Positions 9,012-17,165 of a stretch of 46,682 nucleotides of DNA are shown one piece after another (positions within the stretch are counted from its first letter, which is position 1; each line of letters begins with the position of its first letter). This stretch comes from an uncultured bacterium (GTDB lineage: Bacteria; Patescibacteriota; Saccharimonadia; UBA4664), in NCBI GenBank assembly GCA_963720265.1, contig CAVRET010000001.1:521113-567794 (forward strand), given 5' to 3'. The position numbers were made by a program, and so were the translations under genes. Under the pieces are notes generated by a model. It was not told the DNA's origin and ran no database searches. It saw nothing but the letters and a program-made list of their open reading frames with translations.

Positions 9012-9263
9012 ATGGCTACAAAGACACTCAATATCGCCCTCGATGAGAGGCTTATCAAGGACATAGACGAGGCTGTTAAAAGCGATATGGGTAGCCGGAG
9101 TGAGTATTTCCGCCGACTTGCGATGAAGGACTTGGAGCGTCGACGCGAGTGGAGGCAAGTGCTTGATGCAGCCAACGAAAAAGGCCGCAAGATGGGTATA
9201 ACAAGCGAGCAGCAGGTATACGATATCATAGCGGAGTATAAGCGTGACAAACGCGGTAAGTAG
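9012..9263 (+). CDS. Ribbon-helix-helix (CopG-like) antitoxin
   Basis: 83 aa. The N-terminus KTLNIALDERLIKDIDEAV...SRSEYFRRLA has the RHH pattern. It overlaps the downstream PIN gene by 20 nt. Confidence 0.7.
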   Translation: MATKTLNIALDERLIKDIDEAVKSDMGSRSEYFRRLAMKDLERRREWRQVLDAANEKGRKMGITSEQQVYDIIAEYKRDKRGK

Positions 9264-9666
9264 TGCTCGTGTCGTAATAGATACAAATATTTTCGTCTCG
9301 TCTATTGTGTTTGGAGGTAAGCCGCGCCGCGTGTTGGATGCAGTGGCAGATGATACCATCACACTTGTTACGGCAGAGGAGTTAGTTACCGAAATTCGGC
9401 GCGTGATCTTAACTAAATTCCCGGATTTTTTACGAGATCTCAAGAAGGTAGAGAAGTTAATCGAGTCAGATGCAACCTGGGTAAAGCTGGGTTTACTTTC
9501 ACTATCAGTAAGCCGAGATCCTGATGATGATAAATTTATTGAAGCCGCACTTATTGGAGATGCTAAATATATTGTGAGTGGAGATAGAGATTTACTGGAT
9601 CTAGGGGCATACAAGGCGATTAGGTTTGTGACACCCGATGAGCTCCTGAAGCATTTCGCAAAATAG
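9244..9666 (+). CDS. PIN-domain toxin (PIN_3 / TIGR00305-like)
   Basis: 140 aa. Contains VVIDTNIFVSS (first acidic PIN motif), DDDKFIEAAL, and YIVSGDRDLL near the C-terminus. Confidence 0.7.
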   Translation: MTNAVSSARVVIDTNIFVSSIVFGGKPRRVLDAVADDTITLVTAEELVTEIRRVILTKFPDFLRDLKKVEKLIESDATWVKLGLLSLSVSRDPDDDKFIEAALIGDAKYIVSGDRDLLDLGAYKAIRFVTPDELLKHFAK

Positions 9667-9674
9667 CGAGCCGC

Positions 9675-9710
9675 AGGCTCAATGGCTGGGGCGATTGGCT
9701 TCGAGCCAGA
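9675..9710 (+). repeat. Repeat family copy F2; degenerate tRNA-3-prime-end-like
   Basis: Sequence is aggctcaatggctggggcgattggcttcgagccaga. It shares aatggctgggg (11/11) with F1, and 15/17 of tgRctggggcgatWgg with copy C. The reverse complement is GGCTCGAAGCCAATCGCCCCAGCCA. Confidence 0.55.
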
Positions 9711-9893
9711 ATAGTGAACAACGTAGGTTTTGCCTGATGCCCAATAGGGAATTAATTGCTTACAGTACGTTAAGGTATAGTCGCCGATTTCGCGGACGCG
9801 GAAAACGCCTCCTTTCGTAGGCGCTCCGGTCGGTGTGGATCTCGGAGGGTGCCTAAAGGAGGCGTGGCGGCCGCTAGGGGCGGCCGGTTGCGG

Positions 9894-10478
9894 TCAGGTG
9901 CCGATGGCGTGCACGGCCTGGGCGGCTTCGTCCCGGCCGGCGGCCAGGAGGTGGTGCTCCAGCTCCAGGCCGGTGTCGGCAAGGTAGCGCCGGCCAACCA
10001 CGGTCCAGAGCAGGACCGCGTAGAGGGCCGGCAGCTGCTCGTGCAGCGCCTCGATCTGCCTCTGGGTCTCTCGCATGTCTTCGCCTTGAACCAGGGTGGC
10101 TTCGAGCGCGTAGATCTGCTGCCAGACTTCTGCGATGTCGGCACGGTCGCCGGCTTCGGTGCCGTCCAGGTCCCAGCGGTGGCCCCCGACGGGCTGATGG
10201 TTGTGGTCGAGCACTTCAGCGCTGACCTCAACGGAGTAGGCCCGCAGGTGGCTCTGCCCGGGATCAACACCGTCGATGGGCGGGAAGCCAGGGACAGCGG
10301 TGATGGTCTCGGTTGGAATGCTTGAATGGAGCAGTGCCCCGGCGGTCACGTGATGCGGCGTGTCTCCCGGACACACATCCGGCATCAGAGCAACCACCGT
10401 GAGCCCGTTAACGTCCCCGGTCTGGTAGGCCGCTACGTTGACGGTCATCGTACGCGAGTAATAGGGGCCATGATGCAT
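9894..10478 (-). CDS. Hypothetical protein in a high-GC island
   Basis: 194-aa ORF. It is the most plausible of three overlapping frames because it has an ATG start and ordinary amino-acid composition. The local line 9841-9900 is 44/60 G+C. Confidence 0.35.
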   Translation of the reverse strand: MHHGPYYSRTMTVNVAAYQTGDVNGLTVVALMPDVCPGDTPHHVTAGALLHSSIPTETITAVPGFPPIDGVDPGQSHLRAYSVEVSAEVLDHNHQPVGGHRWDLDGTEAGDRADIAEVWQQIYALEATLVQGEDMRETQRQIEALHEQLPALYAVLLWTVVGRRYLADTGLELEHHLLAAGRDEAAQAVHAIGT

Positions 10479-10550
10479 GGCAAATCCTCTTCTCGTATCT
10501 AAATCGCGGATTTCCTACTCGTATATTATCGCATGTATTTGGTTTTTTGT

Positions 10551-11018
10551 CTATACTTCGGTGGTGCTTAGTATGCGTAGCAGCAAATCTTTGAGCTGGC
10601 CTTGTTCGGCCTCAGTTAGGCGGTCGAGCCGGTCGGAGCGATAGGCCACGATACCTTCAACCAGCTTATCGCGCAGCGCAACGCCCTCAGGCGTAAGCGC
10701 CACCATTTTTACCCGGCGATCGGTCGGACTTTCCTGGCGCTCGGTGTAGTGCTGCGAAAACAAGCGATCAATTATACCGGTGACGTTGGACGGATCGCAG
10801 TTAAGCAAGTTTGCAATGTCTTTCATAGGCATAGGCTGGCCCGGCTCGAGCGAGCACAGCGCATACAGCTGCACGACGGTTAAACCGTGCTCATCGGCAA
10901 TCTTAATGAAGCCCTTCTTGGCCCGGAATGAGGCCTGCATAAACAGCCAGTACAGATTATCTTGTAAGCTCATGCTTTTCATGGTTTTATTATACTCCAC
11001 ATGTGCAATAGTTGACAA
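10551..11018 (-). CDS. MarR family transcriptional regulator
   Basis: 155 aa. Winged-helix region LTVVQLYALCSL...MPMKDIANLLNCDPSNVTGIIDRL...RQESPTDRRVKMVALTPEG. It is divergent from the MFS gene. Confidence 0.8.
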   Translation of the reverse strand: MSTIAHVEYNKTMKSMSLQDNLYWLFMQASFRAKKGFIKIADEHGLTVVQLYALCSLEPGQPMPMKDIANLLNCDPSNVTGIIDRLFSQHYTERQESPTDRRVKMVALTPEGVALRDKLVEGIVAYRSDRLDRLTEAEQGQLKDLLLRILSTTEV

Positions 11019-11041
11019 CCTAAACTATTGAGGAATACAAT
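11006..11041 (+). promoter_or_regulatory. Promoter plus palindromic operator for the MFS gene (probable MarR site)
   Basis: Perfect inverted repeat caatagtt (11006-11013) / aactattg (11023-11030). It overlaps TTGACA (11012-11017), an 18-nt spacer and TACAAT (11036-11041). Confidence 0.5.
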
Positions 11042-11087
11042 GGTTTATATGAATAACATTTCTCATACAAACGACAAGGAGGTGAAC

Positions 11088-12542
11088 ATGCGGTCTCGGT
11101 GGCTCATTTTTGTGCTGGTGGCGATTGCCCAATTTATGGTTGTGCTTGATGCTGCCATTACCAACGTGGCACTGCCCACGATAAAAGCGCAGCTTGGTTT
11201 TACCGACAGCACCCTGCAATGGGTGGTGACGGCCTACGCATTAACGTTTGGCGGATTTCTACTGCTCGGCGGACGGGCGGCGGATTTGTTTGGCAGGCGG
11301 CGCACGCTGCTCGCCGGCATGGCGGCATTCACCGTGTTTTCGTTTTTGATCGGCGTTACCCATTCGGTTGTTCTGCTGATCAGTTTACGGGCACTGCAAG
11401 GAATGGCGGCGGCGTTCATGTCGCCTTCGGCGCTGTCGATTGTGCTGACCACGTTTCGCGACGGGCCGGCCAGAAACCGGGCGCTGGCGTTTTGGACACT
11501 CGTTGCCACCGCGGGTGCGGCCGTCGGGCTGTTGCTGGGCGGCGTGCTGACGCAATACGTGGGCTGGCGCTGGGACTTCTTTATTAACGTGCCGGTTGGG
11601 ATCATTATGACGATTTTGATTTCACGGCTGGTGCCGGTACAAGCACGCAACGAAAATGCGTCCGGGCTGGACCTACCCGGGGCGGCGCTTATTACCAGCA
11701 GCCTGATGCTCATTGTGCTGGCGTTGAGCGAGGCGGCAAGCTGGGGCTGGACGAATATGAAAACACTCGGAGTGTTGGGCGTGGCCGCGGCACTGGCGCT
11801 CACGTTTGTGGCCAACGAAGCTCGGGCCAAACACCCGCTCGTACCGCTTAAGATCTTTAAGATTCGCAACGTGACAGGGGCGAATCTCATGATGGCGCCG
11901 ATGTACGGCACGATGATGGGCCTGTTCTTTATCGTGACGCTCTATGCCCAAACGATTCTCAAGTTCTCGCCGGTCGCAACGGGACTCGCGTTTTTGCCCA
12001 TGCCGGTGGTGCTCGCCGTCATGTCTTCTCGGATGCCAAAACTCGTGGCCAGGTATGGCTTTAAGCGGTTTTTGATCGCGGGACCGCTGCTCGTGGCAGT
12101 GGGGCTGTTGTTGCTATCACGGATGCCGGTGGGTGGAAGCTATATTTCGGCGCTCTTGCCGGCGCTGATCGTGATTCCGGCCGGTATTGGCATGACGTTT
12201 ATGCCAATCATTGCGGCGGCGACGTCGGGCGTACCGGCTAACCACTCGGGGCTGGCATCTGGCCTAATTACCACTTCGCAACAGATGGGCGGAGCTGTGG
12301 GACTGGCCGTCTTGAGCGGAGTGGCGGCGTCGGTGACGACAGCGTCGGTTAGCTTGGGTTCGGCGCAGGCACTGGTACATGGATTTGACGAGGCCATGCT
12401 CGTGGCAGTGGGCTTTATGGTAGTGGCTGCGACCTTGGCTATAGCTGTGATCCGACAGCCGAAGCCGTCACTTAACCCTGAGCCTAAGATTGAGCAGCCA
12501 CGGCGCCGGCGGCCGCTCGTGATTGATATCCGGCCGCTATAA
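11088..12542 (+). CDS. MFS transporter, DHA2 (EmrB/QacA-like, 14-TM) family
   Basis: ORF 11028..12542. The preferred start is ATG 11088, preceded by aaggagg. The N-terminus has LIFVLVAIAQFMVVLDAAITNVALPTI, and LGGRAADLFGRRR is the MFS motif A. Confidence 0.8.
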   Translation: MRSRWLIFVLVAIAQFMVVLDAAITNVALPTIKAQLGFTDSTLQWVVTAYALTFGGFLLLGGRAADLFGRRRTLLAGMAAFTVFSFLIGVTHSVVLLISLRALQGMAAAFMSPSALSIVLTTFRDGPARNRALAFWTLVATAGAAVGLLLGGVLTQYVGWRWDFFINVPVGIIMTILISRLVPVQARNENASGLDLPGAALITSSLMLIVLALSEAASWGWTNMKTLGVLGVAAALALTFVANEARAKHPLVPLKIFKIRNVTGANLMMAPMYGTMMGLFFIVTLYAQTILKFSPVATGLAFLPMPVVLAVMSSRMPKLVARYGFKRFLIAGPLLVAVGLLLLSRMPVGGSYISALLPALIVIPAGIGMTFMPIIAAATSGVPANHSGLASGLITTSQQMGGAVGLAVLSGVAASVTTASVSLGSAQALVHGFDEAMLVAVGFMVVAATLAIAVIRQPKPSLNPEPKIEQPRRRRPLVIDIRPL

Positions 12543-12633
12543 GACGCGGGGTGCCAACCCCAGGTGCTGGTCGGTTTGGTAAAGCTCGACTATAATTGTC
12601 TCGTCTAACCGACGAACTAAGGGGTGAGTAGCG

Positions 12634-13494
12634 TTGACAATTGGACTAGATGTATTCGTTGACGAAGCCAGTGGCCACAGGTTCCTCACAATCGGCAGAG
12701 GAGCCTATTGTGAGGTCCTGGAAGTGTCGGGGCCTGATTTGGACCGGCACGCGCTCAAAGTAATACGAGACGACCTTTCGCCTTTGGTGACCTGCGCCGC
12801 CGAAGGGCATCTCTTGAATGAGCTCGGCGTGCTGGCTCGGATCAGCGAGCGCATAACCGGCATCCCGCGCTATCTTTGCGGCTTTCCAGGGGCTCCCGAA
12901 CTTCATCTTGAGCTCATACCTGGGCTCAGCCTTGACAGGCTGCAGGTTGACGGGCGGCCGACAAGTGTCAGCTCGGTTCGTTCCGTTGGGATTCAGGTTG
13001 CCCTCACCCTGGCTGGGATGCATGGCTACGCCGTCATTCACGGCGATGTCAAACCCGCCAATGTGATGGTGGACCCGGACAGAAAGTGCATGGTCATCGA
13101 CTTCGGCGCGAGCCTCGTCCACGGGAGCAGCGAGCTTCAGCGAATGCGGCGGGTACCACCATTGCGCCCCAGTGCAGCCAAGCGATTCTTGGGAACGCCG
13201 GCGTATGTTAGCCCCGAACATTTTCAGCGGATCGCGATTGGTCCGTGGTCTGATGTTTACTCGCTCGGCGCCATGTTGTATGAGCTGGCCTGCGGCCAAG
13301 TGGTGTTTCCGGGCGAGGATCCGGACGAAGTGTCAGCTCAGCATGTTAGTGAGCCACCGCGGCCCATTTCCGAGCTTGTGGGCCTACCGCACGGTATGGC
13401 CGGCGTCATCATGCAGTGCCTGGCAAAGAAATGCCAGGACCGGCCGCGGGCTATTGAGGTAGCGCGGGCACTGTCCGCAGTCTCCTCATCGTGA
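12634..13494 (+). CDS. Hanks-type Ser/Thr protein kinase, catalytic domain only
   Basis: Contains ALKVIR (VAIK-like), HGDVKPANVMV (catalytic loop), DFG and GTPAYVSPE (APE). At 286 aa it has no sensor or TM extension. The start is TTG. Confidence 0.8.
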   Translation: MTIGLDVFVDEASGHRFLTIGRGAYCEVLEVSGPDLDRHALKVIRDDLSPLVTCAAEGHLLNELGVLARISERITGIPRYLCGFPGAPELHLELIPGLSLDRLQVDGRPTSVSSVRSVGIQVALTLAGMHGYAVIHGDVKPANVMVDPDRKCMVIDFGASLVHGSSELQRMRRVPPLRPSAAKRFLGTPAYVSPEHFQRIAIGPWSDVYSLGAMLYELACGQVVFPGEDPDEVSAQHVSEPPRPISELVGLPHGMAGVIMQCLAKKCQDRPRAIEVARALSAVSSS

Positions 13495-13525
13495 TTGATG
13501 CCCGCAATGGCTATCCGGCGGAATA

Positions 13526-13561
13526 AACGGCCGGGTCAAGTGATTACTTGATCCGGCCGTT
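13526..13561 (+). terminator. Stem-loop after the kinase gene
   Basis: aacggccgggtcaagt gatt acttgatccggccgtt forms a 16-bp stem (one G-U) with a 4-nt loop. There is no clear U-tract. Confidence 0.45.
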
Positions 13562-14141
13562 GGCATGTCCTTGCGTTTCGTTTCGTCGACTCTTTGCATT
13601 ACACTTGGAGTTACGAGGGAGTGTACCGGTGGAGTTTGTTGGGGTATGGTTTCACAACCTGCGACCGAGAACGCGCGGGGCAGTGCGTTATGTCGCGGCC
13701 GCAGTATTTACGATTGCCTTTCTAGCTGGTTACCTGCTGACCTTTGGCGCCGGATTCCCCTACCTGGTGGGACTGTTCCCGGTCATTGTGTGTGCGGTAC
13801 TGTTGTGTACCGGCTCCGGGCTGCTTTCGCTTGTACTTACCGTGGCATACATTAGCCGGTACGAAGCTAAACCGCAGAGCATGCTTGTGCATAGCTTGGC
13901 GTTGTTGTTTTTGGTTGTTGAAGGTTTGATCGTAATTTGGATCGCTGAGAGGCGCCGCAAGGCGCAGACCCAGTTAGCAGCGGCACTGCGGCAGCGCAGC
14001 CGCGAGCTTCAAGCACTGCAAAAAGCACACGGCAGACTGTCTCATGCCGCACGCAGCCAAGGCCAGTCGATAGAAGAGCTTAAGAAGTCGAATAAGGTCA
14101 TGCTTGATACGCTCGAGCGGATTTTGGATACGCCCAGTTAG
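13548..14141 (+). CDS. Membrane protein (DUF4118-like 3-4 TM block) with a C-terminal coiled coil
   Basis: The ORF-track start lies inside the 13526-13561 hairpin. A more likely start is GTG near 13629, after gaggga. TM spans are AAAVFTIAFLAGYLLTF, LVGLFPVIVCAVLLC and LALLFLVVEGLIVIWI, followed by a helical tail RRRKAQTQLAAALRQRSRELQALQKAH. Confidence 0.4.
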   Translation: MIRPLACPCVSFRRLFALHLELRGSVPVEFVGVWFHNLRPRTRGAVRYVAAAVFTIAFLAGYLLTFGAGFPYLVGLFPVIVCAVLLCTGSGLLSLVLTVAYISRYEAKPQSMLVHSLALLFLVVEGLIVIWIAERRRKAQTQLAAALRQRSRELQALQKAHGRLSHAARSQGQSIEELKKSNKVMLDTLERILDTPS

Positions 14142-14190
14142 CAGGCCATTTCTTTATTTAGACGGCAAGAATCCCTGATATATTAAGGTT

Positions 14191-14838
14191 ATGTTTCAAG
14201 CGCTGGGAATATTCTCGGGTCTACTGACTGCAATCAGCTATGTGCCGTACATCCGGGATATCGTGAAACGCGAGGCAGACGGTGCCGGCCTATCCTCGAC
14301 CTGGCTGACCACCGGCCTGTATATCAGCAAAAGTGCTAAGCCGGCCAGAACGGCCTGGTTTATTTGGACGCTGGCCGCAACTATCGCGTTTTTCACTCAG
14401 CGGCAACTGGGCTCAAGTTCATCACTGTGGTTTACCGGCGCTGATGCCTGCGGTTGTGCTGTGGTTTTTCTATTGTCGCTGAAATACGGTTACGGCGGGT
14501 TTATGAAGCGCGATGTCTTCGGCCTTATTATCGTGGCCGCGAGTGTGGTGGCGTGGCGCGTCATGGATGCGCCGTTTTACGCGCTACTGCTGGCGATTGC
14601 GGCCGAGGCCGTGAGTGCTGCGCTAACCATTTGGAAGACCATTGAACACCCAAATAATGAGACGTACCCGGCCTGGATTCTGCAGTGTATTGCCGGCCTA
14701 CTGGCCGTAGTGTCGGTGGGGACGCTGAATGCCTCGCAGGTTGCTTATGCGGGCTACGAGTTTTTGTTTACCGGCGCAATTATGGCCTCCATCTTCTTTG
14801 GCCGTTTGCACCGGTCGAAGTGGGCGAACGTGGAATAG
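14191..14838 (+). CDS. Hypothetical multi-pass membrane protein
   Basis: 215 aa with about 6 hydrophobic spans. No catalytic motif recognised. Confidence 0.35.
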   Translation: MFQALGIFSGLLTAISYVPYIRDIVKREADGAGLSSTWLTTGLYISKSAKPARTAWFIWTLAATIAFFTQRQLGSSSSLWFTGADACGCAVVFLLSLKYGYGGFMKRDVFGLIIVAASVVAWRVMDAPFYALLLAIAAEAVSAALTIWKTIEHPNNETYPAWILQCIAGLLAVVSVGTLNASQVAYAGYEFLFTGAIMASIFFGRLHRSKWANVE

Positions 14839-14864
14839 ATCGGAACCGGTTGTTGCGACAATGG

Positions 14865-15821
14865 CTACCCGAAGGTCAGACACAAGACCTGAATGCCCGG
14901 CTCAAGGAACTCAATTTCAAAGCGGCGGTCACGGATAGGGGCGGGCTGTCGGATGAGTTGGTAGGTTCGCTGGCGATCAGCCCGGCCTTGGCCGTCCGGG
15001 CTGATATCGCTACCATTGGCGCCGGCTAGCGGCTTGCCGTCAAGGGTGATGCGAAACGGTATCACGTCCCCGCGATTTAGCGGTCCCATGACCAGGTTAA
15101 GGTCTCTGGCGTGGAAACGGGTGACGAGGCGGCCGCCGCCGACCCCAATGCTCGCTTCTGGCGTTATGGTCCAGGAACCTGCCAGCGCCCATTCATTGCG
15201 CTCAAGACTGGGAGGGATGATATAGCGGTGCGGGCGATCTAGGGCCACTTCTTCCGGCGACGCGAAGCCGTTCGTGCGCTGGTACCCGAGGTAGTTTTCA
15301 TACGAGCGTACATTATCAAAATCGGCCGGCACTTCAAGGCCCTCGGGGCGCACGGTAACCAGGTCATCTGGAACGTTGCTTGCAGCAGCTTCGAGCAATA
15401 GGCGTTGAATCATTCGCTCTGTTTCCTCATATCCGCCTTCGCCGTACCAGTGATGGCGGATGTGGCCTTTTTGATCTGCCAGATACAGCGCCGGCCAGTA
15501 GTGGTTGGCAAAAGCCTGCCAGACGGCGTAATCGTTATCGACCGCAATCGGCCACGTGACGCCCATGGCCTTGGCAGCAGCGCGCACGTTATCCAGGTCG
15601 TGCTCGAATGAAAATTCGGGCGTATGCACGCCTACGACAACAAGCCCAAGGCGCTCGTATTTTTGCCACCAGGCGCGCCGGTACGGCAGCGTGCGCAGCC
15701 AGTTGATACAGGTGTAGGTCCAGAAATCGGCCAGAACGAGGCGGGCGCGCAGGCCGTCCGGACTTAAGTCCTTAGAGTTAAGCCAGGCAGTGGCACCGGT
15801 GAATGGTGGCAAACGAGTCAT
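14865..15821 (-). CDS. Redoxin/thioredoxin-fold protein, DipZ C-terminal-domain-like
   Basis: Contains LADFWTYTCINWLRTLPY, VVGVHTPEFSFEHD and WPALYLAD, followed by a beta-rich C-terminal domain. The usual CxxC reads CINW here. Confidence 0.6.
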   Translation of the reverse strand: MTRLPPFTGATAWLNSKDLSPDGLRARLVLADFWTYTCINWLRTLPYRRAWWQKYERLGLVVVGVHTPEFSFEHDLDNVRAAAKAMGVTWPIAVDNDYAVWQAFANHYWPALYLADQKGHIRHHWYGEGGYEETERMIQRLLLEAAASNVPDDLVTVRPEGLEVPADFDNVRSYENYLGYQRTNGFASPEEVALDRPHRYIIPPSLERNEWALAGSWTITPEASIGVGGGRLVTRFHARDLNLVMGPLNRGDVIPFRITLDGKPLAGANGSDISPDGQGRADRQRTYQLIRQPAPIRDRRFEIEFLEPGIQVLCLTFG

Positions 15822-15830
15822 AGCATAATC

Positions 15831-17012
15831 CTAGCGCAGCGGCTTAAAGGCTTTGCGCAGTTCGCTGGCAAATAACGTGGGCTCTTCCCAGGCCGCGAAG
15901 TGGCCGCCCTTGTTGACCTGATTGTAATACGTAACATTTGGATAGGCCTGCTCAACCCAGCTGCGCGGCGTTACCCAGATCTCGCCCGGAAAGGCGGTGA
16001 ACGCAAACGGCAGCACGACCTTCGCCGGGGTTTTGCCGGCCGAGGCCTCGGCAGCCTGGGTGTTCTCCCAATACGAGCGGGCGGCTGAGGCGCCGGTGGC
16101 GGTGAGCCAATAGAGCGTAACGTTATCTAAGATGTGGTCGCGGGTAAGGTTGCCTGAGGGCTGGCGCTCGACGAAGGCGCGGGCAATTTTGTAGTAGGCG
16201 TCGGTGTCGTGGTCAAAGATCCAGGCCGCCAGCGCTATGGGCGAATCCAATAGCGCATAGCCTACGGTTTGGGGCCGCGTGTTTTGCTCAATGAAGTAGC
16301 CTTTGCCGCTCGTGTTGAAGGTTTTGATTTGCTCTAGGGCTGCCTTCTCCTCTTCGGTATCGGATGGAAATTGGCCGCCGCCCAAGGCTGGCACGAACAG
16401 GTTGGTATGGATACCGAGCAGGCCTTTGGGCGTCTGGCGGCCCATGGCATCCGTGACCGCAGCACCCACATCACCGCCTTGGGCGACATAGTGGGTGTAG
16501 CCGAGTCGGTACATGAGCTCGGCCCAGGCTGTGGCGATGCGGCCGACGTTCCAGCCGAGCTCGGTCGGAATGCTCGAAAAGCCATAGCCGGGTATTGAAG
16601 GCAACACGAGGTCGAAGGCGTCTTCGGCTTTGCCGCCGTGTTTTTCGGGTTCGGTGAGCGGGCCGATGGCCTCGAGCATCTCGATGATGGAGCCGGGCCA
16701 GCCGTGCGTCATGATGAGGGGAAGCGCATGCTTGTGTGGTGACTTAACGTGGATGAAGTGCACGTCGACGCCGTCGATGGTGGTTTTGAATTGCGACAGC
16801 GCATTTAGCTGGGCCTCGACACGGCGCCAGTCGTAATCGTCGGACCAATAACGGGCGACCTCCTGCATGGCAGCGAGCTGCACCCCTTGCTCGCGGTCAG
16901 CTACGAGCTCAACGGTGGGCCAGCGGGTAGCGGCGATGCGGGCGCGCAGGAGGTCCAGCATAGGTTGCGGCACATCGATTTTGAATTCTCTGATTTCGGT
17001 ATTGTTTGCCAT
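15831..17012 (-). CDS. Epoxide hydrolase (microsomal EH-like, EHN N-terminal domain plus alpha/beta hydrolase)
   Basis: ORF 15831..17111. The likely start is M34 (ATG 17010-17012). Contains IREFKIDVPQPMLDLLRARIAATRWP (EHN domain), HGWPGS (oxyanion motif) and GGDVGA (nucleophile elbow). Confidence 0.75.
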   Translation of the reverse strand: MANNTEIREFKIDVPQPMLDLLRARIAATRWPTVELVADREQGVQLAAMQEVARYWSDDYDWRRVEAQLNALSQFKTTIDGVDVHFIHVKSPHKHALPLIMTHGWPGSIIEMLEAIGPLTEPEKHGGKAEDAFDLVLPSIPGYGFSSIPTELGWNVGRIATAWAELMYRLGYTHYVAQGGDVGAAVTDAMGRQTPKGLLGIHTNLFVPALGGGQFPSDTEEEKAALEQIKTFNTSGKGYFIEQNTRPQTVGYALLDSPIALAAWIFDHDTDAYYKIARAFVERQPSGNLTRDHILDNVTLYWLTATGASAARSYWENTQAAEASAGKTPAKVVLPFAFTAFPGEIWVTPRSWVEQAYPNVTYYNQVNKGGHFAAWEEPTLFASELRKAFKPLR

Positions 17013-17165
17013 GCCTGTCCCCTCAATTATTTTCTTTAGCGTAGTCAAAAGCGGAGCACGAGTAATGGGGCGAAGTGCCAAACATCGGCAAATGCTTGGA
17101 GGATAGACCATTGTTCCATTACCCAGGTGAGCCCATGCTCGCTTTACGTTAAGGGGAGTGCAGCC

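Noticed and set aside
8963-9614. Minus-strand ORFs 8963..9286 and 8991..9614, antisense to the RHH/PIN pair
   Set aside because: They are Ser/Leu-rich antisense translations. The plus-strand TA genes have a promoter, an RBS and recognisable motifs.
9770-10325. ORFs 9770..10270 (-) and 9849..10325 (+), overlapping 9894..10478
   Set aside because: These are shadow frames in about 70% GC DNA. Their Pro/Arg/Ala/Gly-rich composition is typical of off-frame translation. Only one frame was kept, and with low confidence.
11219-12397. Multiple ORFs (11219..11587 +, 11234..11911 -, 11673..11951 -, 12140..12397 -) inside the MFS gene
   Set aside because: They are overlapping or antisense frames of a well-supported transporter CDS.
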